From Octopus vulgaris (Eukaryota), in assembly GCA_951406725.2 (NCBI GenBank), contig OX597822.1, forward strand, positions 55,366,001 to 55,430,000: DNA of 64,000 bases, given 5' to 3'. The notes under the pieces were generated by a model, which was given only the letters and a program-made list of their open reading frames with translations, made no database searches and was not told where the DNA came from. Below, piece by piece: positions 39,812-51,841 of the stretch (position 1 is its first letter; the number at the start of each line of letters is the position of its first letter). Position numbers and translations under genes: made by a program.

Positions 39812-42800
39812 GTAAGTGTTACTTTTCATTTCTACATTCATGTTGCAACCATTTTTTTTTTCTTTTGTTCATATTAAATTTTCAGAAAAGAGGAGTAGAG
39901 GGTTGACTGAGGTGATAGTAAATAGAACTTAACTTATACAACATACATTATAACTGGAAAATGATAAGATGGTCATGGCTGGCATGTCTTTAATCATAGG
40001 TTTATTGAAAGGTCTAGGTCCAAACAATAGCAACTTTTTTTAGTTCTGTATAACTTTGCCATCTGCAGTCAGTACTGGATGGATGATTGCAGATCAGAGT
40101 GCAATGACCGAATTGAAGTTGCCCTAGCAACCGTTCATATTATGAAGTATTCCTGGTATTCTGTTACTCATATAGGTCATCTTCCCAACAGAACTCATTC
40201 ACACTATGAAGCGTGTTTGATGCTGTGCTTTTTGCAATCTTGCTCATTGATATAGTGGAATCATTGTTGTTGAATTAGTCTTACTGCTTATCTGCAATAA
40301 ATCTCACAATTCTGAAGAGATTATAAATACTAATCAACAGTGTGTTGTAATGTTTCAACACCTTACTGGTGCCCTTAACACAAGACTAGCAACTGAAACT
40401 TATTGGTATATAAACACCTAGGACTAATCTGCATAATGTGCTGACTTATGTCTTCCAGAGCAGAACACTTCATAGGTGTTGATTCTTTGGTAGGACACTG
40501 TACAGTTACGTATACTCAGGGCTTTGTTTTTGCCTATTTGCGTGTATAGATACAGCCAGGCACTGCCAAAAGATTAAGTTTGCAATCAAAGGTCCTGATC
40601 ATAGTCCCACTGTGCAGCGGTGGGGTTTGATTTAGGCAAATGTTTTCCACCATAGTCTTGGATTGATCCAAGTATTGCAATTGAAATTAGGTAAGTGGAA
40701 AATAATGAAGCTCATCAGATGGGGAAGGGTATCTGAAACGAAAAATCCAGCCTTGTCACATACATTTATACTGACTATGCTTGAAATTTTACATTATAGG
40801 TACCATTGTCTTTGGAATACTCAGCTGCTTACACTGTATCTCAATAAATAGGTAGTTCAGGTAATTGAATAGCTGTAATACTCATCATAATTGACATTAG
40901 TTCCATTGAATTTTGTAAGGCTAGCAACATTTAGCATCACCTAGAAGCAAGTGCATAGGAGGATGAACTGTGTGAATCTCAGACTATAGTCAAAAGTCTA
41001 ATGGAGCACATCGGTGCCGTGATTGCAGGATGAAATTATGGAATATGTAATAAGGTTATTATGCATGGTGCTAGCATAATTTATAGTTAATAGATGATGA
41101 GCTTACATCACTGTTGATTACTTTGTAGTGACATTGCTAAAGTTTCTGTATATTATACTTAACAATCTTTGATCTCTTTTACTCAAAACAAGTGCTGTTA
41201 CATCTTTCTTCATTCTCTTTGAAAATACTGTCTGACTGATAGGCATGGTGTTACTCTCCAACACATTCCAATCTCTGATCCTCAGACATATAGTCTCTTC
41301 ACTTGTTTATTCTTTTGTAACCCACTCATTTTATATCCATCCTCTCCCTCAGGTACTGGTCTAATGGCAGCACCAAGTCCTTCCATCTAGAGAAGAACCT
41401 GAATTTTATTAGTCTCAAAAAGTCATAGGGGTAGCACCTTCCTCTAGAAGAAACCATTTAAACCAAAAGATATAAAAATGAAAATTTGTAAAAAATAATC
41501 CTAAACATGTTGGTGTTAGGAAAATTTAAGATTAAGTTTGGTGGAATGAATATATATATTGATATATACATGCATGTATGGGTGTTTGTTAAATACACAA
41601 GACTTGATTGTCTTCTTGCATTCTCTTCTGTTAGTTGATAGTGATCATCTGAAATACTTAGGCAGTTAAAGACTTTGATTCGATTACATCACCTCTTCTG
41701 TAACCAATAAAATAAATACCATTCTACAAGTACTTTGTTTAATTAAGTAAACTATATTCTCAAAGACAGGGCTCCAGTATGACTACATGATTCAATGACT
41801 GAAACGAGTAGAAGAAAGAACAGAAATAGCGCAAAAATGTATTTTCATAAAATGGAACGAGGTCAGAAACTGTTCCCAGCTACTCTGCAATTGTGTGGTG
41901 CACTAAATGAAAGCAGTAAATGTTAATGAGTGTGTGCACTTAGTGGTGAACAGTTGTTGATATTGTATAAAGACAGTGGCTTTTCATTCTATAAATAGTT
42001 CTGCTGAATCTCCAGCCTACTTCTACCACTTTTGCTTTAGATACAATCTCTTGTATCTAATTTCTCTCTCTCTCAAGAAAGTTATAAATCATTTTGCATT
42101 TTTGACCTTTCATATTGCTTGATTTTTCCTGGAATCATTTCTTTCTCTCTACAAACATACTCTCTTCTCTTCTGTCAATGTCTCTATTCTATCCCTGTCT
42201 CTGATGTCACTAGCTTCAGTGTGTGTCTTGTTTGTGTATGCACTGGTGGGTGTATTTATGTATGCCTTTGTCCATATATTTAGGAGTGATACACACATAT
42301 ATAATTATGTGAATCTTTGAAACACTATACATGTTTCTCATATATTCGAGTAGACATGCATATATATATATTACATACATTTTTAACATTTTTGTACCTG
42401 ACATAGAGAAGGTAGAAAGTAGCCATGAATGAATTTTTTCAGTGTTTCTGTGACTGGTGATAAGTAGCTCTCCTCACCCTGGGAATTATGGGTTAAATAG
42501 TTACAACATAGTGGACATTGCTAAAGGTTCTCAAGGGCCAGGTTGTAGCATTGACTGGACAATAGATTAAGACTACTCCCTAAAACAGAAACACTCTCTT
42601 CATCAGGTTTCCACATAGTTTCCATCTGTTGAATTTCACTCAAACGGCTTTAAGTGACTTGTGGTTGAAGCAGAACACACTTATTTAAAGGTGTGGTGCA
42701 GTGGATTAGTTATACAGCAAACTTCTTGACTTCTCAGTCTTTCCAACACACACACACACCTTCACATACACATATTCATATAAACATATATACACACATA

Positions 42801-43147
42801 CACTCACCTTAGATATATTACACACTTTCAAGAACTACATTCTTAACCTAAATGGCCAACATAGTTGGCCTCGACAGACTTTAACCACATCCCTGCTGTA
42901 TTCTTGAGGTATTCCTTTGTTTTGTAACATTCTTATCAGATGATTACGGTCTTTTATAATGATGTAATATTCTCATTCTTCTATTAAAAAGTTACGTAAA
43001 AAGCTGTTGTAATGAGCAGACAATTATCTATTGTATGTTGTTATTCATTTGATATATATATATATGTGTGTGTGTGGGTGTGTGCATGTATGTATGTGTA
43101 TTTATATGTATGTGTGTATATTTATATGTATGAATGGATATATTGTG

Positions 43148-43280
43148 AGAATTTACAAAAAACAAGACAAAGACGTGTGTGTAAACAACAAATAGATGTA
43201 TTAGTTTAATGCTCGGGAAGTGAGAAAGTCTTTTACGTTTTGAGCCTACACTCTTTGACAGAAAGGAACACTGAAATAAA
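43148..43280 (-). mobile_element. Penelope-like pLTR-type fragment embedded in microsatellite
   Basis: Contains a decayed hammerhead-like layout (cttt CTGTCAA a GAGT gtag GCTC AAAA CGTA aaag). Flanked by TA/TG arrays. Confidence 0.45.
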
Positions 43281-43281
43281 C

Positions 43282-43530
43282 ATGTATGTGTGTATGCATA
43301 TATATGTATGTTTATGTATGTATATATGTGTGTGTATATATATTTGTGTATGTATATGTGTATATATGTATGTATATCTATATATGTATGTATATGTATT
43401 ATGTGTGTATGTGTATATTTGTATATGTATATATATATATATGTGTGTGTGTGTATATATATGTGTGTGTGTGTGTATATATATGGGTATATGTGTGTAT
43501 ATATATGTTTGTGTGTGTGTGTATATATGT
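43282..43530. repeat. Compound (TA/TG)n microsatellite
   Basis: Visible directly. Source of the spurious YI/CV-rich ORFs in the track. Confidence 0.95.
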
Positions 43531-44059
43531 GACCAGTGTTCCACCAAGCCTGACCTTTCTTTCTTGGTTCGACTACCATCCATGTAGCATCTGTTATATT
43601 CCTTCCCATGACCTTCATCTCTTATGTTCCTGCCATAAGACTTCACTTCCACACATACCAGCTTAATTTAATTTATCCTTAGTCAAAAGACACCTGTTGT
43701 TTATGTCCTGGTATTTGTATTTGTAATTGTGTATCATTTCTCTGTCTTTTTTTCATCTTTGTTTTTGTATACATTTGTTTGCTTTCTTCCAAGGAGTCTA
43801 GTGCTCTTAGCTTAGATTTTCTTTGGGCTGGCCAGATAAGAGCAGTCTCGAGTATAACGGGCCAAAACTGCATAGATGATCTGGAACTCGACTAAGGATA
43901 GGCAGCTCCAAAGGACCTGTCCTTTTTTTTCCTATCCTTTTTTGTATCGTCTGTCAGGATGTTTTGTTGTCACCTGTTAACGTTCTTGTTCTATTTTTCT
44001 TTTTCTATATATAATATATATATATATGTATGTGTGTGTGTGTGTATATATATATAGTG

Positions 44060-44533
44060 TAATGGAAATTGCGGCTGTGATACCAGTGCCGGTGACAAGT
44101 AAGCGAACCATCCGATCGTGGCCATTGCCAGAACTGCCCCGACTGGCCTCCGTGCCGGTGGCACGTAAAAAGCACCATCCGTTCGTGACCGTTGCCAGCC
44201 TCGCCTGGCCCCCGTGCCGGTGGCACGTAAAAAGCACCATCCGTTCGTAGCTGTTGCCAGTGCCCTCCCGACTGGCCTCCGTGCCGGTGGCATGTAAAAG
44301 CACCATCCGTTCGTGGCCGTTTGCCAGCTCCGTCTGGCACCTGTGCGGGTGGCACGTAAAAAGCACCCACTACTCTCGCGGAGTGGTTGGCGTTAGCAAG
44401 GACATCCAGCTGTAGAAACACTGCCAGATCAGACTGGGCCTGATGCAGCCTTCTGGCTTCACAGACCCCAGTTGAACCGTCCAACCCATGCTAGCATGGA
44501 GAACGGACGCTAAATGATGATGATGATGATGAT
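44060..44533 (+). mobile_element. SINE-like or LINE-tail element with 5' tandem 62-67 bp repeats and (GAT)n tail
   Basis: Units start at 44086, 44152, 44214, 44281 and 44343, then gagtggttggcgttag...ccaacccatgctagcatgg...taaatgatgatg. A shorter sibling lies at 44746-44990. Confidence 0.8.
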
Positions 44534-44745
44534 ATTTGTGTGTGTATGTATGTATGTGTATATATATTAATTCATTTTGCAAGATTCCTGGTGTAAAATT
44601 GTATGTTGAAACATGTATTTTGGGATGGTCATTTTTTTTTTCTCTAAATAAACACTCTCTATAAATTTTTTTCTACACTTGTTTATTACTATTCTTATTT
44701 TATTATTTTAACTCCTGTCCATTGTCCAGAAATCTTTCCTCCCAT

Positions 44746-44990
44746 GTGACACGTAAAAAGTACCATCCGACCGTGGCCGTTTGGCAGCCTCGTTTGGCAC
44801 CTGTGCCAGTGGCACGTAAAAAGCACTCACTACACTCATGAAGTGGTTGGCGTTAGGAAGGGCATCCAGCCGTAGAAACATTGCCAGATCAGACTGGGCC
44901 TGGTGCAGCCTTCTGGCTTCCTAGACCCCAGTTGCACCGTCCAATCCATGCCAGTATGGAAAGCAAATGCTAAACGATGATGATGATGAT
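44746..44990 (+). mobile_element. Sibling of 44060-44533 with fewer tandem units
   Basis: Same body and (GAT)n tail. Confidence 0.8.
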
Positions 44991-45722
44991 CTGTGACCTC
45001 TTCAGCGACACTTTTCATTTTTGTGTGTTCTTACTCCACTTACTTCACTCTTTTCTTCCAAGATGTGTATCCTTATGTACACATGCATTTGTGTCCTTGC
45101 TTGTGTGTGTCATAGTTTTTAGCAGCAGTGTTGCCTTCCCCAATGTGGTGAGAGGATGGGTCTTAGGCCTGTTTAAACCTAGCATGGCTCATCCTTCTAC
45201 AAGTTTGAGCACAGCTAATTTCTTCTAAATGAGAGAAAGACAGATTGTGACAGAAGGAGAAATATTGAGTCTAATATGTGACTTTATTGACCACAAAATG
45301 ATGAATGTCATAGTAGTTGACCTTGGTGATATTTGAACACAGAGCACAATAAGCTGGGTCAATAATCACAAAGCTATGTATCTGATGTTCTGATGACTCT
45401 GCCAGATGGCTGTCTATTTATCTCTCTATCTCTCCATCTATTCATACTCACCAACACAAACAACATAAATATAGGGAAAAAGCAACTGTGACTCATGAGT
45501 TTTAATCAGTACTGGATAAAAACCTGCACTTCTGGAGCTGCAGCCCAGGGGCCTCCAGTAGCTGATTAAGTGACAAGTTAATGGGTATCACAGAACTTGT
45601 AGCTCTTGCTTCAATCCAGCATTGGCTGCAACTCAGGGTGACAGATGCTTTCTCTCTTCTGCCCACCAGTCTCCGAGGCCCTGAAAAGATACTAATTGTT
45701 GCCTCTTTGATTAAAGCATTAA

Positions 45723-45954
45723 CCCTTTAGCACTCAGATTATTCTGTCCAATGTAATGCTTATTTATTTGCATTGTTTTGAATTTACCCATGCTTCGTCT
45801 CATAGCTTTTAAATTTCAATGAAGTGATTGTTTATTTTTAGAATGACATTATAGGGTAGGTGTGAGAGGCTGTGAATATGGCCATTGCCAGCATAAAACT
45901 GGCCGAATATTTGGGATATTTGGGCTAGATATGGCTGGTTTAAATGCTGAAGGG
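45723..45954 (+). mobile_element. Short piggyBac-like MITE (complete)
   Basis: TTAA|CCCTTTAGCA ... TGCTGAAGGG|TTAA. Ends about 75 bp upstream of the last exon's acceptor. Confidence 0.85.
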
Positions 45955-46031
45955 TTAATAATAAAATAAATCAAAACAGTGTATGCACATGTGAGTCTTC
46001 TAAATACATATGTTACTCTTATTTCTTGCAG

Positions 46032-46097
46032 GTGCGTCAGATGTGTCGTCATTTCAAGATCCATGCATTTTCTCTGGAGAAGTTGCCTGTGCAGTAA
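46032..46097 (+). CDS. SELENOI: SELENOI/EPT1 terminal coding exon (TAA stop, no Sec)
   Basis: Acceptor ttcttgcag|GTG. Translates VRQMCRHFKIHAFSLEKLPVQ* (TAA at 46095-46097). Aligns without gaps to human [22 protein letters not shown]. Confidence 0.92.
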   Translation: MRQMCRHFKIHAFSLEKLPVQ

Positions 46098-46246
46098 TGT
46101 TTGGAACAGAAAGTCTCTTTTCTACCATCTTCACCTGCCATGATGACCCACTTTGTGCTGGAGTTTTTGACTATTTATTTCCAATTGCCACTCTCATACA
46201 ATTAGCCCAGTATCTTCTTATTCCTTTACTCTAGATCACATCAAAC

Positions 46247-46252
46247 ATTAAA
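46247..46252 (+). terminator. Candidate polyadenylation signal ATTAAA
   Basis: First canonical-type hexamer I noticed, about 150 nt after the stop codon. No transcript evidence. Confidence 0.25.
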
Positions 46253-46917
46253 GCAACCCTCTTTCACTTGCTAAGATTTAAAAAAAAATTTTTGTAAGCA
46301 ATGTGACTTAAATTATAATTATTCCATTTACAACATCTGTATGTATGACTCTGTGTGTGTGTGTATGTATGATTCTGTGTGTGTATGTATGTATGTAGAC
46401 ATGCTGCTATACATGCATGCATACTAAATGTACATGTACCGATACAGAAATACATGTGTGTGCATATTCAGGATAATACATGCACATATTTACATATGTG
46501 TAAACTCACACTCATTTATATGTACTCACACACGCATGCACACACACACACACTTAAACAGACATAAATGCCTATGTCTACTCAAACAAATGGACACGTA
46601 TTCACACCCACACCAATGGACACGTATGCATACACACACGCACACATACAAATATATCTCTCTTTTACAGACACAAAAATAGCAGCATATGCTGTGCATG
46701 TTCCCATTACATGAATTGAAGACTCAAACCCAAAAAAAAAAAATGCAGTCAATCAGTCTTTGAGACTAGAACGGTCTCTGTTTGAACTGTACAAAGAGAT
46801 TGTCAGGAATCTTGCTATCGACAGTACCTGCTTGTTTAGCCATTACACTAGGCATTGATTATTTTGACAAATTTATTATTATCTTCATTATTATTTATTA
46901 TCATTATTGTTATTGTC

Positions 46918-49010
46918 AAGGCAGTGAGCTGGCAGGACCATTAGCACATTGGACAAAATGCTTAGCCACGTTTCTTCTGGCTCTTTAAGGCTCTGAGTTC
47001 AAATCCTGTCGAGGTCAACTTTGCCTTTCATCCTTTAGGAGTTGATAAAATAAAGTACCAGTTAAGTACTGGGGTCAGTGTAATTGACTTGCCTCCTTCC
47101 CTCAAAAATACTGGCCTTGTTCCAGAATTAGAAAGAAACTATTGTCGTTTGTTATTATTAGGGTGGTGGATTTTCAGAATTGTTAAAGCATTGGAGAAAA
47201 TGCTTGGTGGTGTTTCTTCTGGTTCTTTACATTCTGAGTTCAAAGTCATCTTTGCTTTCATCTCTCCAGGGTCGATAAAATAAAATACCAGTAATGTACT
47301 GGGGCAGTGATATCGACTAACTCCTCTCCTGAGAAATGCTGGTTTTGTGGCTAAATTAGAAATATGTTGTTATTACTATCACTATCATCATCATTATCAA
47401 GGATGTGGATTGATTGAAATGGTAGAAAAGTGATATAAAATGCTGTGTGGTATTTAGCTACACCCGTTTATGTTCTGACTTTGAATTGCACCTGAGTAGT
47501 GTTGACTTTAATCTTTCCAAGATCAATAAAACAGAGTATCAGTCAGGTACTGGGATCAGTATTGTCAACTATGCCCTTCACCTCAAAATCTGAGAGCTTA
47601 TACCTATGTTAGCAATTATTATTATTACTACTACTACTACTATTATTATGAACGGGAAGGCAATGAGCTGGAAGAATTGTTAGCATGCCGAATTAAATGC
47701 TTAGCAGTATTTCACCCGTCACTACGTTCTGAGTTCAAATTCTGCTGAGGGCATCTTTACCTTTCATCCTTGGTAAAATAAAAACCAGTTGAACACCAGT
47801 GTCAGTGTAATTGACTCATCCCCTCCCCCAAAATTGCTGCCCTTGTGGCAAAATTTGAAACCCTTGTTATTATAAACAGGTTGGCTTTATTATCTGATTA
47901 ACATTGCAATTCATTTCTCTCTTGGGCTGGTAGAATTAATACCACTCACTCTACTGGGATACTGTCTACCCTCTTGAAATTTGTACTAATATCAGAGATG
48001 ATGGTAACTCTTTATGTTCTGAGTTCAAATTCCGCTGAGGTTGACTTTGCCTTTCATCCTTTTGGGGTTGATAAAGTATCAGTTGAGTACTGGGGTCAAT
48101 GAAATCGACTATCCCCCTCTCCCAAATTTCAGATCTTGTGCCTATAGTGGAAAGGATTATTTATGGGTAACAGATGGGTGAGTGATGGAATAAATACTTT
48201 GCATCCCTTTACATTGTGATTTCAATTTCAGCCGGAGTCAACTTATTTTATCACCTCTGGAAGTCTTAAAGTCATTTACTGGTTTCAGCTTAGTTGACTG
48301 TTCCACTGTTTTTGGTCCTATGCTAATGTAAGAAATCATTAGCTATGTATGAAGTAGATACTTTGGAGGTGCTCAGCAGTGGGTGTCATCAACTGGGGAT
48401 CAGATCACCTCCCTTCTCTTCTCTCAAATTTGTACCTTTGAACCCTCGTTAAAGATTACTATTGTCGCCTCCCTTAGGTAATAGATTGACAAAATGAATT
48501 TTACCTTGCAGCATTTGATTACATCTTTTCACAGTTCAAATATCATCAAGTCTTTTTCAGTTTCATTAGGTTGATGAGACTGATAATTACCAAAAACTAT
48601 TATCATTATAAATGTGATAGACAAAATAGAGAAATTGAGAGCAAAGCTCAGTAAACAGCTGGAGAAAAGAGAAAATGCTTTGCAATATTTAATTATTTGC
48701 TCTTATGTTCTGAATTCAAACCCTGCTGTGATCCTGTGTGTCTTCTATGCATTTAAATTTCTGTTAGTCTTTCATCATTCTGATGTTGATAAAATGAGAA
48801 CCTTGTGAAGCTACAAAACTGACCATTTGCTCATGTTAGAAATCCTTCTCGTTAGCATAGGAGTGAGTATCTGAAATGGTGGTGTTGAACAAAATACCTT
48901 GTATTTAATTATGAACCTTAACATTTAAAATTATTATCCTGCCAAAACTTTTTATTTTTCTTTCCACTTTACAATGTCAGTGCAATTGAAAAACCAGCCA
49001 AGGGACTAAC
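46918..49010 (+). mobile_element. Head-to-tail array of Meta/Sauria-like SINEs
   Basis: The body ttctgagttcaaat...ctttcatcc...gataaaataaagtaccag...tactgggg recurs in copies starting near 46918, 47161, 47398, 47657, 48010 and 48185, with more decayed copies to about 49010. Copies are separated by (ATT/ACT/ATC)n tails. Confidence 0.8.
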
Positions 49011-49192
49011 CCTATATATCATCAGATAAGCTCCATTGTTGAGAAGAAGGAGTCTTATTCTTTTCTTCAAAATAAATAACCTTGTATCTAATTCAGAAAC
49101 CTTTGATTGCCCATATTCATTGAGAGGATGAAATACTAACCTACTAACACCTCATTTTAATTGTATTGAAGCCAGCGAAGGAGCTTCTTCAT

Positions 49193-49339
49193 CAGTCATG
49201 GGCAAACTGCAGTTCAAAGGGACTTTATGAATGGCATGCCTAAATGAAAAATTACTTTTAATTCTTTTAGTAGTGTGGTTCACCTGATGATGAACCATGT
49301 CTTATGCAGCCCAGTTCTCAGAAAACGTTGTCCATGCCT
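49193..49339. mobile_element. Decayed hAT (Charlie-like) MITE
   Basis: cagtcatgggcaaactgcag ... gcagccc...aaaacgttgtccatgcct. Confidence 0.55.
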
Positions 49340-49745
49340 TTTTTACATGGTCGTTTGTTGTGCTAAAAATTGCAGCCAGAGCTCTGAAATCATAAAATAT
49401 GTTGGAACTGCTCAGTTCATGAAATCTTAAAGAAACAAAATTTACTATGGTTATAGGTAGAAAGACTTCGATCATACAAATTTTGTAACCATCAATTGTA
49501 TCTTGGTGGTTGATATTGGATTAATTCTTAAGATAATGCTCTTAATTTTTCCATCCCTAAGGCTTCTTATATATATGTGTGTGATTTGATGTGCTTTATG
49601 CTCTTATTGGTATGTATAATTTATGTAGGAGTTTTATCTAGGAAAACTAGTAAATATGTGACAAAGAGTGAGTTGGGAGTGGGGAGAAGCTGCTTAAGTA
49701 GGATAGCCTCTCCTTGAATCTATCTTTGCTTAATTTGATAGTTTG

Positions 49746-49976
49746 AGGTTTAAGCTCACATAAATATAGAATCACTTTTGTCATGTGATTTTGCAGGATG
49801 GGTTATCATAGGTTCCTTCTTGGTTTCTGCTTTGTGTCTCACACTTCAGGTTTAAGATCACAGTAAAATACATTGTAATCTATTACAAATAAATATAGAA
49901 TCACTTTTGTCATGTGATCTTGCAGGATGGGTTATCACAGGTTCCTTCTTGGTTTCTGCTTCATGTCTCACACTTC
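49746..49976. repeat. Local tandem duplication (about 100-bp unit, second copy with a 27-bp insertion)
   Basis: aggtttaag.tcaca and taaatatagaatcacttttgtcatgtgat...tctcacacttc each occur twice. Confidence 0.9.
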
Positions 49977-51547
49977 TCAGATGAATACTGGCGACTAAGA
50001 GGCAGAGGAATATTTTCAACAACTAATCATCTCTGTGAAATGACTTTCATCCTTTACTTGGGACATCCCCACTTCCGTCTAGACAATTGAATTCTTCGTA
50101 AGACAAACTGGTCTGGTGTTTCGTTTGTGTGCGTGCGAGTGCGTGTGAAGCAATTATTTACTGTTGTTTTTGCAAACTCTTTTTCATGCTGGCAGGCATT
50201 GGATGGGACTTTTTGAAGCAATGTGTTACAGCTGGATGTCCTTCCTGAAACATGTATGCACATGATATGCACATATATGTATGCACGTAGATGTTCATGT
50301 ACATACATGAAAGTATGTGTGTGTGTATTGGTACGCATATACATGTATATATCCTCATGTCTAGATATGTATATACAAATGCATATACTTGTAAATGTAC
50401 ACGTATGTACATTTATGTAATACGTTATACATATAATGTATGTTGCATTATGTAAATATAGGTCGTGGGTTCTATTCCTATATGCCGTGACGCTCTGTCC
50501 TTGAGCAAATCATTTCATTTCGTGTTAGTCCAGTCTGTTCATCTGGAATAAGCATCAGTGTATTGTTGGTGGAGCCTTCCCTTTTTCCAGCTGTTACTTC
50601 CTATATTATCTGCCATGCCAATATGTCTGATGGTGAAAATCGCTTTTGTGTCTGCTTATGGCGACATGCCACCGTAAACAGCGAAAGCCTGATACATGCT
50701 ACCAAGTCATATTCACTTGTGAGTGACTAATGTATTATTTATGTTTGAATGTTTAAAAGTGGTCATAGTTGTGTGGTTAAGAAGTTCGCTTCCTATCCAT
50801 ATAGTTTCAGGTTCAATCCCACTGCGTGGGGATGTCTAAGTCTGAAATGACCAAACCTTTGTGAGTGAATTTGGTGGATGTCGTACGTGCTTATGTGTAG
50901 GGGAGAATGTTTTTTTTTTGTCATGACACCACGTGATGGTTGTAAAACGAGCGTCACTGTCGTCGGCCAAGGCAGAGTGAGGAGGGTGAAATATTTCCTA
51001 GCTTGGAAACAGGTGAGGGTTGGCGACAGGAAGTGCATCTTGCCGTAGAAAATTTGCCTCAACAAATTCTGTCTGTCCCATGTAAACATGGGAATGTAGA
51101 CGTTAAAAAGATGGTTATGCATTACATATTATGTTTATAACACATGTCTTGTATATTATGTTATGTGTTTGTAAATTATGTATATAGAAAACAATTAGGC
51201 CTGCATTTGTAAAGTTTTTGTGTTGTCAGAGTTTTCTTCAACTGAATCGTTACAATCTGGTTCAGATAAATTTGAAAATAATAGTATTACTCAACCATCT
51301 TCGGTTTTTCAACTCAGTTATTTTATAAAATTTCATCTTTCAGTTAAAATTTTCAGTTTTTGAATGCTTAAAGAAGTAAAGTTAGAAAAAAAGATAAATG
51401 ATGACTTAACATTGGAAAATTGTTTTTATTAGCATAAAAACTCTTCTGAGTCATAAACAAGGGTGGAAGAAAAGACGTCTTTAATGATTTTCAATTATTT
51501 TTCGCCAGACAAGTCACTTGTTAGACACCAACTGTAATCATCTAAAG

Positions 51548-51841
51548 CAGTGGTTCCCAAACATTTTCAGGATGCCGCCCCCTTGGTGCCCATGCCAAAT
51601 TCTTAGCCCCCACCCTCTCTCACTCACCACAAACATAGACCACTTTCTGAAGTAGTTTCAAAACAACTGTATTTCACAAATAAAACTTAACGTAATTTGC
51701 CCAATACTTTGTTGTTTATACATCCATTGTCCTCATTTGGCCACCCCATTATCATTCCAATCTTCTTCAATGTCCTCTCCTCCTGTATCTTTCCACCGCA
51801 CCCAGGCGTGGGGGCAGTACCGCCTCATTTGGGAACCACTG
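51548..51841. mobile_element. hAT (Charlie-like) MITE
   Basis: Perfect 14-bp TIRs CAGTGGTTCCCAAA and TTTGGGAACCACTG. The 8-bp flanks ATCTAAAG and TTCTGAAG fit a Charlie-type target. Confidence 0.9.

Noticed and set aside
44086-44370. Regularly spaced repeats resembling a CRISPR array
   Set aside because: The intervening segments are homologous to each other, the context is a eukaryotic retroposon, and there are no cas genes.
46138-46175. ATGA...TGA after the SELENOI stop as a possible SECIS element
   Set aside because: No apical AA(R), no convincing 11-12 bp helix II, and the ORF has no in-frame UGA. A SECIS further downstream was not formally searched.
49284-49330. CTGATGA...GAAAACGTT as a hammerhead
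   Set aside because: Stems I and II do not pair, and the 3' part is the TIR of a hAT MITE.
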